A stretch of DNA of 64,000 nucleotides from Selenomonas ruminantium (GCA_002373045.1 DFHU01000022.1:8077-72076), one strand, 5' to 3'. Counted from the first letter of the stretch, positions 1 through 10,306 are shown. Numbers and translations are program-made. Notes: generated by a model from the sequence alone, not told the origin.

Positions 1-1
1 G

Positions 2-763
2 AAGAAACGTCATCCGAAAATCAACATTCCCTGGTATTGGGCAATGGTGCCGTTACTTATGGTTATTGTGATTAACGTGATTCTGTCTAATCCCTTTGGT
101 TGGGAATGGGGCTTTCACTGGAATGAGGAGAGTTTAGCGGCGTTTGTGCCGTTGAAACTGACGCTTTTAGCTTCGCATGTCGGCAAGGTATCGGCAATCT
201 GGTCCATCAGCGTGGCACTTATTCTCAGCAGTATTGCAGCAGCTTATATTGGTCGCAAGCGTTTGAAGGTTACGGAAGGCTTTCTGCCGACGGTCAACTA
301 TGCGGCGATTTCCTCTGGTTCTGCGGCGCTGAACGTTGCTTCCGGCTATGCTTTCGGCTGCGTAATCACGGCTATGCCGGGGTTTGCTCCGGTGACGGAA
401 TGGCTGGTTGGCATTGCCGCATCTTTCGGGCCGCTGCTCTCGGCGGTTATCACCACCAACATCATGTGCGGCATTACGGGATCGGCATCTGGCGGTCTGA
501 CCATTGCCCTGTCGGCATTGGGCGACCAGTGGGCGGCGATGGCGATTACCGCGGGGATTCCTCTGGAAGTCCTGCACCGTATTGTAGCGGTGGCTTCGGT
601 TGGTATCGACCCGGTTCCGCATTGCGGCGCTTTGGTAACGCTGTTGGCCATCTGCGGACTTACGCATAATGAATCTTACTTCGATATTGCCGTGATTATG
701 GGCATGAAGTTTTTGGTGCCGTTCCTGTGCATTATCTTCTATATGTTGACGGGCATCTGTTAA
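2..763 (+). CDS. GntP-family permease, 5' truncated by window edge
   Basis: Frame open from base 2; hydrophobic; motifs GITGSASGGL and LHRIVAVAS..DPVPH typical of GntP family. Confidence 0.8.
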   Translation, partial: KKRHPKINIPWYWAMVPLLMVIVINVILSNPFGWEWGFHWNEESLAAFVPLKLTLLASHVGKVSAIWSISVALILSSIAAAYIGRKRLKVTEGFLPTVNYAAISSGSAALNVASGYAFGCVITAMPGFAPVTEWLVGIAASFGPLLSAVITTNIMCGITGSASGGLTIALSALGDQWAAMAITAGIPLEVLHRIVAVASVGIDPVPHCGALVTLLAICGLTHNESYFDIAVIMGMKFLVPFLCIIFYMLTGIC

Positions 764-771
764 AGCATAAT

Positions 772-816
772 AAAAAATCCGGTATATCCTTTGACGGGAT
801 ATATCGGATTTTTTTT
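772..816. terminator. Bidirectional intrinsic terminator
   Basis: aaaaaatccggtatatcc-tttgac-gggatatatcggatttttttt between convergent genes. Confidence 0.8.
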
Positions 817-820
817 ATCA

Positions 821-2071
821 TCAAGTGTTTTTCAACGGTTCGTAAGCATCGGTGTGGAGAAATTCCCGCTCGATAACCTGACCGTTTTGCTTCCAGAGGC
901 GGTAAAGTGAAGGCCGCATGGAACTTCCTTCCGTGACAAGAGCGATGCTCTTGCCAGCTAAATCTGCCTTGGTGCCCAGTACATAAACCGTTAAGGCGCT
1001 GCCGCTGTTGGCCACGGTGAGATAGACCGGATGGGGCAGAGGATTGCGGAAGACAAAATCGATAAGGCCGTCGGCCACGGTGGCATCCCGTCCGGCAGGC
1101 ACATAGGAGGACGAAGCAAAATGTCCCGTGCGTTCCACCGGGGTCAGGCCCGCCAGCAAAATGGCATTGTAGAGGGTGGAACTGACCTGACAGACACCGC
1201 CGCCGACATCAATGGAATGTTTGCCGTAGACGATAACGCCGGCATCCTTATACCCGGCTTCATGTGTACGGGGACCAACCGTGTCATTGAAGGATAAGGT
1301 CGCACCGCTGCGGATTAACGCCCCCTGTAAATGGCTGGCGGCAATACCGATATTATCGCCGCGGTCGCCTGGATAGAAGCGGGTCGTATAAGAACCCAAA
1401 ATGCCATCCATGGTAGCAAGGTCACTGTCCTGTACAAAGGGGAGCTGCTCCGTGGGCGTCAGTTCTTTTTTTACCGTCAGGTTGAAGGTTTGAAAATCCG
1501 GCGCCAGTTCTGCGGCAATCGGTTCAATATCGAGACTTAAGCCCGTGACGGCAGGCGTTTTGCGGATACTTCCGTCAGCCAGCAGGGTAACACTGCCGTT
1601 TTTAGGCTGCGTATCAATGGCAGTTTTTATCTGCTGCAGCTTGTCATGGAGAAGCTGTTCATCAAAGCTGGCATCCATGGTGACGGTGGTGCCAAAGATG
1701 GCACAGCGCATCTGCGTAATCATGTTTTCGATGGGACTCCCATCCCGTCCGATATTATAAGCAGTTTCCACGGCTTTATCCACATTGCCATGGAGGTTGA
1801 TATCAGCCGGATCGATTTGGAAGTTTCGTTCCTTATAGGTAAGGACAGCAGCCTTGCGCTGTAACTTTTTTGCCGCCGTATCTGTGAAAAACTTGCGGGC
1901 TTCATTTTTGCTCAGACCGGCAATGGTGGTGCCATTCGCCTGTACGCCCATAATGACGCGGTCCTTGTTGCTGACCGTGACCGATATGCAGCCGGCAGCG
2001 GCTACAGCGGTTATTGTAGCGGCTGTGGTAATAGCAACGATTTTACCCAGAGCCGCATTGGAAAGATTCAT
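821..2071 (-). CDS. VanW/YoaR family protein with peptidoglycan-binding region
   Basis: Motifs FSFNDTVGPRT-like, GGGVCQVSSTLYNA, YVPAGRDATV; N-terminal membrane anchor; RBS AGGGAG before ATG 2071. Confidence 0.85.
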   Translation of the reverse strand: MNLSNAALGKIVAITTAATITAVAAAGCISVTVSNKDRVIMGVQANGTTIAGLSKNEARKFFTDTAAKKLQRKAAVLTYKERNFQIDPADINLHGNVDKAVETAYNIGRDGSPIENMITQMRCAIFGTTVTMDASFDEQLLHDKLQQIKTAIDTQPKNGSVTLLADGSIRKTPAVTGLSLDIEPIAAELAPDFQTFNLTVKKELTPTEQLPFVQDSDLATMDGILGSYTTRFYPGDRGDNIGIAASHLQGALIRSGATLSFNDTVGPRTHEAGYKDAGVIVYGKHSIDVGGGVCQVSSTLYNAILLAGLTPVERTGHFASSSYVPAGRDATVADGLIDFVFRNPLPHPVYLTVANSGSALTVYVLGTKADLAGKSIALVTEGSSMRPSLYRLWKQNGQVIEREFLHTDAYEPLKNT

Positions 2072-2226
2072 AATTGCAAGACACTCCCTATAAAATATTT
2101 GAAGTACCATGTTCATTATACTTTTTTTGTCTGCATGGTGCAATGTAAGGTTGACTTTGTTTTTTTGACTTTTTTACTATAACAGCTTGACATTTTGACT
2201 AAAAAAAGGTAGTATAAGAACTGTGC

Positions 2227-2253
2227 TTAGCACTCGACCTCAATGAGTGCTAA
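2227..2253 (+). promoter_or_regulatory. CIRCE element (HrcA operator)
   Basis: TTAGCACTC-N9-GAGTGCTAA exact consensus upstream of groES; TTGACA-17-TAGTAT promoter just upstream. Confidence 0.97.
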
Positions 2254-2294
2254 CAAACTAACGACGTATTTCATAATATAGGAGGAAGATACCT

Positions 2295-2576
2295 ATGATT
2301 AAGCCATTGGGCGAAAGAGTTGTCATCGAAGTTGCTGAAGGCGATGTAAAGACCGCCAGCGGGATTGTACTGCCGGATACGGCTAAAGAAAAGCCCCAGA
2401 AGGGCACGGTTGTAGCTGTAGGTACGGGCAAACTTCTGGAAAACGGTGAGCGCGCTGCTATGGAAGTAAAAGCTGGCGACACGGTTGTTTTCTCCAAGTA
2501 CTCCGGTTCCGAAGTTAAAGTTGACGATAAGGAATACCTGATTGTCCGCGAAAGCGATATTCTGGCAATTCTCTAA
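2295..2576 (+). CDS. groES: Co-chaperonin GroES
   Basis: [28 protein letters not shown]. Confidence 0.99.
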   Translation: MIKPLGERVVIEVAEGDVKTASGIVLPDTAKEKPQKGTVVAVGTGKLLENGERAAMEVKAGDTVVFSKYSGSEVKVDDKEYLIVRESDILAIL

Positions 2577-2604
2577 TTAAACGTATTTTCTGGAGGTAAT
2601 ATAA

Positions 2605-4234
<1,630 letters not shown>

Positions 4235-4284
4235 AAGTGGCGAAAGTCCTTATATATCAAGGCTTTGTGGAAAATAAAATAGCA

Positions 4285-4304
4285 TTTGGCCACTTTTTGG
4301 CCAC
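4285..4304 (+). promoter_or_regulatory. Integrase arm-type sites (TTTGGCCAC x2)
   Basis: Tandem TTTGGCCAC at 4285 and 4296; the same tandem pair occurs at 47743 and 47755 inside attR. Confidence 0.7.
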
Positions 4305-4306
4305 AT

Positions 4307-4346
4307 AAAAAAGGGGATATCTTTCTTAGGAAGGGTATCCCTTTTT
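4307..4346 (+). terminator. Phage-supplied terminator for groESL
   Basis: aaaaggggatatctttc-ttag-gaagggtatcccttttt. Confidence 0.75.
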
Positions 4347-4457
4347 GCTAGTATTTGATATTGCCAATGAAATTATTCGCGAAAAAGGAAGGAATGGAGA
4401 ATATTTTGACGAAATTATATTATAATATATGATATAGCTGGTGTTTTCATAGCGAGG

Positions 4458-5315
4458 GTGAAATCTGTGAGAATCAACTATGACAGAAAGTTTTCAAATG
4501 GAAGATCGGCGTTTGAAAATATTGCTGACTTACAAAATAAAATATTAAATGCAGTGGATGATGACATAGATGTATATTTAATTGGTTCTGTTAGATATGG
4601 AAAAGCGTTCATATTTTTGTTAGGCTGTTTAATAGTTTTAGGAATGCAATATGGTAAACGAATTCGATTGTATCTGCCAGATAAGCACGTTATGGAACAT
4701 TTTCGCGCAATGGGAATATTAGATTATTATAGACAACAGAAACGCAACTCAAAAAATTTTTTCAGGCTTGACAAAACATCTAATGCAATGAGGCTGGTTG
4801 AGAAAAATATATACGAACTTCCTATTCATATGACAAAAAAATCTCAAGAAATATTACTTTCTCTTATAGGTGAGGTTTATAATAATGCGATAGAGCATTC
4901 TGAGGCAAAATATGTTATGGGTGGTTGTTATAAAAAACAAGGGAAAAAGAAATTATATTTTTCATGTTATGATACAGGAATTGGAATTGTAGGATGTGTA
5001 AGAAAAGCTTTAGGGAATATTGCATTGTCCATTGAAGATTACGATTTTAACAAGAGGATTATTAAATGGGCATTGCGACGAGGTACTTCAACAAAGCCAC
5101 CTCCAAGAGGATTAGGATTAGATTGGCTTTTAGATTTTGCTAGATTGAACCATGGCAGAATTACAATTTGTTGTTCGAATGTCGTTTTTGTACAAAATCC
5201 ATCAGGAGAACATAACTTTTCAAGATTGCAAAATAAATTTCAAGGGACTTTCTTTGAGATGGAAATTATTGAAGATAAAAATGTATTGTATCGATTAAGA
5301 GGTGAAGAGATATGA
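4458..5315 (+). CDS. Degenerate STAS + GHKL/HATPase (RsbW-like kinase) protein
   Basis: N-box EVYNNAIEHS, G1 YDTGIGI, G2 RGLGL, G3 QGTFFEM; N-terminal STAS-like pattern. Confidence 0.8.
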   Translation: MKSVRINYDRKFSNGRSAFENIADLQNKILNAVDDDIDVYLIGSVRYGKAFIFLLGCLIVLGMQYGKRIRLYLPDKHVMEHFRAMGILDYYRQQKRNSKNFFRLDKTSNAMRLVEKNIYELPIHMTKKSQEILLSLIGEVYNNAIEHSEAKYVMGGCYKKQGKKKLYFSCYDTGIGIVGCVRKALGNIALSIEDYDFNKRIIKWALRRGTSTKPPPRGLGLDWLLDFARLNHGRITICCSNVVFVQNPSGEHNFSRLQNKFQGTFFEMEIIEDKNVLYRLRGEEI

Positions 5316-5671
5316 CAAGTACAATAATGGTATCGGAATATATAAAAAGTGGCTTTTCGCCGGAAGATGCTAATAAGATGGTACCTATTATTGATAATGC
5401 ACTTAAAGAACTGGCAGATGGCGAAATGATAATGCTTGATTTTACAGATGTGAAATTTTTTACAACACTGTTTTTTAATCTTACCTTGGGAAGACTTTTG
5501 AATCAAATGTCTATAGACGAATATGATAAAAAAATAAAATTAATAAATTTATCTGATGTTGGTAATGTTGCATATCAGCATTCTTTGGACAATGCGAAAA
5601 GAAAGATTGCGATTGGTAGTGAAGAGAAAGATGCTCGCACTCGCATTTTAGAGGAACTTATGCAAGAATAA
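5312..5671 (+). CDS. STAS-like DUF4325 protein
   Basis: IMLDFTDVKFFTTLFFNLTLGRLL pattern; ATGA overlap with upstream gene. Confidence 0.8.
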   Translation: MTSTIMVSEYIKSGFSPEDANKMVPIIDNALKELADGEMIMLDFTDVKFFTTLFFNLTLGRLLNQMSIDEYDKKIKLINLSDVGNVAYQHSLDNAKRKIAIGSEEKDARTRILEELMQE

Positions 5672-5684
5672 TGAGGTAAGTTTT

Positions 5685-6221
5685 ATGGTTAAATTACTTT
5701 CGTCAGTAGATTGTAATGAAATAGATGAGAATGAAACTTTTTTTGTAGACACAAATGTGTTATGTGCAGTACATTTTCATACATCTTCATGGAGCAATAA
5801 CAAAGTTAATGCATATTCGTCTTTTTTAAGCTCGTTATTATTAAAGAATATAACATTATATGTATCGTCTTTAAGCCTCCAAGAGTTTTATCATTTAATA
5901 GAAAAAACTGAGCGTAAAATCTATGAGGCGAATAATGGTTCGATAAGTAAAAAAGATTTTAGGAGAAATAAAGTGGAGCGTGCAAGGATAGCTAATGAGT
6001 TACAATTAATTCATAAACAGATAGCTGGTCAGTATACTTTAATAGATGATGTTATAGATGTGGATGATGTTTGTAATTTTGTCAATCAGTATACTTCTCA
6101 TGCCTATGACCCTGTTGATTTCGCAATTGTAAATCATCACGCGTCCAATTGTTCAAATTTCATTACGGATGATAGTGACTTTAAATTAGATTCGAATATC
6201 ACGGTATATTCATATACATAA
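5685..6221 (+). CDS. PIN-domain ribonuclease
   Basis: FFVDTNVL, SLQEF, DPVDFAI, FITDDSDF acidic catalytic set. Confidence 0.85.
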   Translation: MVKLLSSVDCNEIDENETFFVDTNVLCAVHFHTSSWSNNKVNAYSSFLSSLLLKNITLYVSSLSLQEFYHLIEKTERKIYEANNGSISKKDFRRNKVERARIANELQLIHKQIAGQYTLIDDVIDVDDVCNFVNQYTSHAYDPVDFAIVNHHASNCSNFITDDSDFKLDSNITVYSYT

Positions 6222-6279
6222 CTTATGAGAAGTGAAATTCAATAGAACTGCAAATACGGGGATGTGAGATAATACTTCT

Positions 6280-6337
6280 GTAATAACAAAGGCGGTCCGC
6301 TTACTCGAAAGAGTTGGCGGACCGCTTTTGTTATTAC
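6280..6337. terminator. Long bidirectional hairpin terminator between PIN operon and int
   Basis: gtaataacaaaggcggtccgc / gcggaccgcttttgttattac 21-bp stem capped by actc-GAAA-gagt. Confidence 0.75.
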
Positions 6338-6395
6338 GAATATCGGATGGTTTATCGTTTATTATCTATATGAGAAATCCGCAACCGGGTGCGGT

Positions 6396-7577
6396 TTAGT
6401 TTTGTGAGGGAATGGACTGCATGAGGTTGGTGAATAGGCGGCAAGCCTCTTTCTTGCGGTGCTGGGTAACATGGAGATACACCTTTTTAGTCGTTTCGTC
6501 GTCTGTTTGGCCAACACGGTCCATGATTTCGTGGAGTTGTACGCCTGCCTCAGCCAGTAAGGAAATATGGGTGTGGCGGAAAACGTGGGGCGTTATCCGC
6601 GTATTGATGGGGAGCTGGGCCAAGGCCATCAACCTATCAATGCGGAGCTGCACGGCTTTTTGTGTGCGCGGGTAGCCGTGACGGGTGACGGCAGGAAAAA
6701 TAAAATCATAATCAGAGTGCCAGTTATCAGCCCAGCGCATTTTTTCAAGGACATATTCATGCCGCCAACTCTTTAAGGCGGCGATAACCTCAGCGGGAAT
6801 ATCAATCACCCGGTAGCCGGCTGTGGTTTTTGGTGGGAGTAGGGTGTAATGTTCGGCCCTGTTATCCGGCGTATAAAGCGTTTTGGAAATGCTTACCGTG
6901 TGTTCTTCCATATCGATATCCTGCCAGGTGAGGGCCAGCAGTTCGCCTATCCTCATTCCTGTATAGGCCAGCAGCATAAACATGGCATAATCACCGGATA
7001 GGCCCTCTTTGCGGGCAAAGGTAAGGAAAGTATACAAGTGTTCCTTTTCAAGGTATGGCGGCACCTTCTCAATTTGCTGTATGCTGCGGGACTGCCGGCG
7101 GGGTGGTTTGGCATATATAGACGGATCCTCTTTAATAACCCGGTACTGGCAAGCGCGCTTGAATACCATACGGGCGGCGGTGTGCGCCCCGCTTATCGTG
7201 TTGGCGGCAAAACCGCTTTTGGTAAGTGTGTCCAAAGCGGCCTGATAAATTTTAGGCGTAATAGATTGTATGGGCGCATTGCCAATACATTCACACATAA
7301 GGGCCAGTTGGTGCTTGCGGATGCGTACAGAGCTGATTTTGACATTGAGCGCATAGCTTTCTAACCATTCGGCGGAAAAATCACGGAAGGAAATATCATT
7401 GATGGGGACAAATGCGTGTCGATCCAGCGCGGTTTGTTCTTCAGCGGCAGCAAGTTGGGCGGCACGTTTCGTCTTAAATCCACCCCGCTGTATTTCAATC
7501 GGTTTACCAGTTTGCGGATTGGTGCCCGCCTTTATGCGGAAATACCATTTATCCCCGCGTTTGCGGAACGATGCCAT
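6396..7577 (-). CDS. int: Tyrosine integrase with N-terminal arm-binding domain
   Basis: MASFRKRGDKWYFRI start; TGMRIGE, PPKT, HVFRHT, VYLH; second catalytic His position reads GQ. Confidence 0.93.
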   Translation of the reverse strand: MASFRKRGDKWYFRIKAGTNPQTGKPIEIQRGGFKTKRAAQLAAAEEQTALDRHAFVPINDISFRDFSAEWLESYALNVKISSVRIRKHQLALMCECIGNAPIQSITPKIYQAALDTLTKSGFAANTISGAHTAARMVFKRACQYRVIKEDPSIYAKPPRRQSRSIQQIEKVPPYLEKEHLYTFLTFARKEGLSGDYAMFMLLAYTGMRIGELLALTWQDIDMEEHTVSISKTLYTPDNRAEHYTLLPPKTTAGYRVIDIPAEVIAALKSWRHEYVLEKMRWADNWHSDYDFIFPAVTRHGYPRTQKAVQLRIDRLMALAQLPINTRITPHVFRHTHISLLAEAGVQLHEIMDRVGQTDDETTKKVYLHVTQHRKKEACRLFTNLMQSIPSQN

Positions 7578-7674
7578 AAAATCACAACCTTTCAGCAGGG
7601 ACGGCCTTTTTATATAACAAATATGAAGGCGTATAAAGTTTGACAATACACGCAAAACATGATAACATTGCAGT

Positions 7675-7805
7675 ATAAAGAAATCACAGAGGGCGGAACT
7701 GGCAGCCGCCGCCGGATGGCCGCAAGGCTTGATTAGGAGATGCAGGATAGTCACCCTGCCTTGATTTCATCGTGGGAGGCGTAACCTTATGGTTGCGCCT
7801 TTTTC
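7675..7805 (+). ncRNA. Putative structured ncRNA convergent with PBECR nuclease gene
   Basis: TTGACA(7640)-17-TAACAT(7663) with extended TG; closing stem 7680-7686/7762-7768 enclosing three hairpins; terminator 7777-7805. Confidence 0.55.
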
Positions 7806-8161
7806 GTATGCGCTTTTAAGTAACCGCCGTCTGCATACTGCTTAAACTTCCATTCTTCAAAGGTAAAGATTGTCCGGGCAAAGGCATTGCCCTTAGTGGA
7901 AACCCGGACACCTATTACAACATGCTTATCAATGGTCTTGATATACTTGATAGAGTTGTCCCTGGGATTCAGATTTACATAATCTGGAGCGGCCAAAATA
8001 TCTTCCAAATGGTCAAAATAATTTTGGTAATCCTCCGGATGACTTTCCTGCATGTGTTTGATATTGGATTCACCGAGCAATATGGGCGTACCTGCAGGCA
8101 GGGAAAGCCCCAATAATTCAATGGCCTTTTCGTCGATGATGCCGACTTGTCTTGCTTTCAT
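7787..8161 (-). CDS. PBECR (Barnase/EndoU/ColE5-D/RelE-like) nuclease-fold protein
   Basis: NIKHMQESHPEDY...EDILAAPDYV..NP..NSIKYIK pattern. Confidence 0.65.
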   Translation of the reverse strand: MKARQVGIIDEKAIELLGLSLPAGTPILLGESNIKHMQESHPEDYQNYFDHLEDILAAPDYVNLNPRDNSIKYIKTIDKHVVIGVRVSTKGNAFARTIFTFEEWKFKQYADGGYLKAHTKKAQP

Positions 8162-8173
8162 GATAATCCTTTC

Positions 8174-8230
8174 TCACAATTCCCGCCTGACCTCAATAAC
8201 CCGGCCTATAATCTTTACGAGCAAGTCCTT
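8174..8230 (-). pseudogene. C-terminal remnant of an S24/LexA-type repressor
   Basis: Translates KDLLVKIIGRVIEVRREL*, resembling the terminal strand of S24 repressors. Confidence 0.55.
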
Positions 8231-9101
8231 ATTTTTTGATTGGTGTGGAATTGTGGGGGAGTGGTTTGATTTGTTCCTTCTCAACCTGTTTTATGCTTTT
8301 TGTCGGTGTAGGAAGGTTTTCCGGCATTGTACCGCCTAGCTCTGCAATGGTTTGGCGCACTTTGCGGCCTACATCAAAGTGAGCCTGGTTCGCGGCCTGC
8401 CTGCCGTGGATATTCTCTCGGCGTAATTTCTCCTCTGTCTGGGTGGCACGGAAAAGATTTGCCGCAAGTTCGGTGCCGCTCATATAGTCAAGGATTTGCT
8501 GGTCTTTCTGTAGCCCCTTGCGGGCATGAATACCCTTAGCAGTAAGTCCGCCATATAATCCCTTATAGCCTTCATCCTGAAAAACAGCATACTCAAAGCC
8601 TTGCTCAATTCCGGCAGCTTTTGCGGCATTGGCAAGCATTTTATTACGTTCTTTCATCTGTTGCCGTATAGCCAACCGTTTAGCATCTTCACTAAGCTCG
8701 CCGCATTGCTCAAAGATTTCCTGTTGGCGTGTTTTGACCGCAAAATAGGTTTGTGCCATAGCAATGGCCTTCTTGCGCGGATCACCATTCATGGCGATAA
8801 GGTAGCAGGCATAGCGGGAAAGATGGTAATCTGGAATTTCTTTTACGCCACCATTGGGCATTGGCGATGTTTTGCCGACGTCGGCAAAATGTTCGGAAAC
8901 CTTGTTACCGCTGGCTTCACAGGATATCATTGCGCGCTCGATGGTTTCGGAAAAACGACGCCATTGTTTATACCCCAGCACCGGCATAAGTTCCCGTGCT
9001 GTCCAGTATTCGCATCCTGTTTCGTCTGTATGCTTAATAGATTCAAAAGCAGATTCACCCTGCGCTATTGCATTATCATCAAAGAAAAAGAAAAAGAACA
9101 T
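8229..9101 (-). CDS. dinD: DNA damage-inducible protein D (Bro-N containing)
   Basis: EYWTARELMPVLGY, LSRYACYLIAMNGDPRK, ELAANLFRATQTEEKL, GGTMPENLPTP. Confidence 0.9.
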   Translation of the reverse strand: MFFFFFFDDNAIAQGESAFESIKHTDETGCEYWTARELMPVLGYKQWRRFSETIERAMISCEASGNKVSEHFADVGKTSPMPNGGVKEIPDYHLSRYACYLIAMNGDPRKKAIAMAQTYFAVKTRQQEIFEQCGELSEDAKRLAIRQQMKERNKMLANAAKAAGIEQGFEYAVFQDEGYKGLYGGLTAKGIHARKGLQKDQQILDYMSGTELAANLFRATQTEEKLRRENIHGRQAANQAHFDVGRKVRQTIAELGGTMPENLPTPTKSIKQVEKEQIKPLPHNSTPIKK

Positions 9102-9140
9102 AAGTTTTCCTCCGGTTTATTTTCTTCTTTCTGGGCATAC

Positions 9141-9225
9141 AAAAAGGCCCCTGCCTAAGCAGGAGCCTCTTCATGGCGCATCCACGCCATACCTTGTATT
9201 ATTTGGGAGTCAAAGCCCAATCTGT
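9141..9225 (-). ncRNA. Putative sRNA directly downstream of PemK-like gene
   Basis: TTGACG(9260-9255)-17-TACAAT(9237-9232); hairpins at 9203-9220 and 9173-9190; U-tailed terminator 9141-9168. Confidence 0.6.
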
Positions 9226-9249
9226 ACATTCATTGTACATTTTTTGTGG

Positions 9250-10029
9250 CTAATCGTCAAGGCTTCCTGCTTGAAAATATTTTTCTTTTATCAAGGTACA
9301 TATTTCGGTCAATATAAACTCTGGCACGCATACGCCATACAGTTCATCAGACTGTTTTACTGGTGTGATGATTCTTTGCTTGCTAACAGTGGTTATTTGG
9401 CGTGTGTCAACAATAGAGCCTTTATTCATCTTTTGCGATAAGGATATTAAAGGCATAATTCGCTGTTGCAGCTTACGCTCAAACTCCTGCAAGTATATGG
9501 GGAGTTGCGCCATTTGCTCATCTTTATCGAGCTTTCGCAATTCATCAATGGAGTCCATAGCATCTTGATATGGTGCTTTGGCCAGTTGGACAGAGGCTTT
9601 TTCGATAATAAGCTGGGAAATAGGGATAGGCAACTCATATTCCCCAGGGCGCAGGCCTCGCTCAGCGTGTTTAGGCTTTTTGGAAACCATCGGGATGATG
9701 GTTATAAGCCCATCTTTTTTGCGGTTGTCGTTGTCCAATACTATGCCATAGTGCGGGCCACCGAGTTCGTGCCCTATACGGAAACCGAGATTTACAAAGA
9801 CAATCTGCCCACGCTTGTAATTAGGCAAGTATGAGGGGTGGAAGGTTTTCTCATTCTTCACATAGCGGATATACTGCCGCAACCACATAACAAACTTTAC
9901 TGACCAATCATAATTCTGCCTTACTTTTTCTTTTATGAAACTGGCGTATTCGCGGAATACAGACCGACGAAAGTGCCTAAAATCTGCGCTATTTGCTTTG
10001 TCGCGCAAATGGTTCTTACTAAAATCCAT
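9250..10029 (-). CDS. PemK/MazF-family toxin (long form)
   Basis: YKRGQIVFVNLGFRIGHELGGPHYGIVL...IIPMVS...QITTVSKQRI. Confidence 0.8.
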   Translation of the reverse strand: MDFSKNHLRDKANSADFRHFRRSVFREYASFIKEKVRQNYDWSVKFVMWLRQYIRYVKNEKTFHPSYLPNYKRGQIVFVNLGFRIGHELGGPHYGIVLDNDNRKKDGLITIIPMVSKKPKHAERGLRPGEYELPIPISQLIIEKASVQLAKAPYQDAMDSIDELRKLDKDEQMAQLPIYLQEFERKLQQRIMPLISLSQKMNKGSIVDTRQITTVSKQRIITPVKQSDELYGVCVPEFILTEICTLIKEKYFQAGSLDD

Positions 10030-10135
10030 CTTATCATTCCTTTCTCATTGCCCTTCGGGGGTGGCTTATTTGTGCTGTTTTTGCAATAAAATGGTATAAT
10101 ATACCTAGATATATTGCAGAAAGTGAGGGGCGGTT

Positions 10136-10306
10136 ATGAGTAAACTTTTAGCGACAATCAAAATTCGATGCGAATATGAGCCCGAGGAAAAGGATATCCG
10201 AATAGAGTCGACATCAAAAGGCAGAACGCAGATGGAGATTGTCTTAAAATCCAAGTCGTTTCGAAATGTAAGCTGCTCCAGCGGCCTCCTGCATGCCGAG
10301 CCATGA
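10136..10306 (+). CDS. Small hypothetical protein (56 aa)
   Basis: TGGTATAAT promoter and GAGGGG RBS upstream; not in ORF track. Confidence 0.4.
   Translation: MSKLLATIKIRCEYEPEEKDIRIESTSKGRTQMEIVLKSKSFRNVSCSSGLLHAEP

Noticed and set aside
2149-2200. CtsR box upstream of groES
   Set aside because: TTGACT heptads are present but not at the canonical 3-bp spacing
6396-7754. 452-aa integrase start from the ORF track
   Set aside because: The extra 59 codons run through the ncRNA/promoter region; AAAGG RBS and a typical N-terminus point to ATG 7577
7675-7770. Canonical tRNA gene
   Set aside because: No GTTCRA T-loop, no D-loop consensus and no CCA; arm lengths differ. Kept only as an unknown structured RNA.
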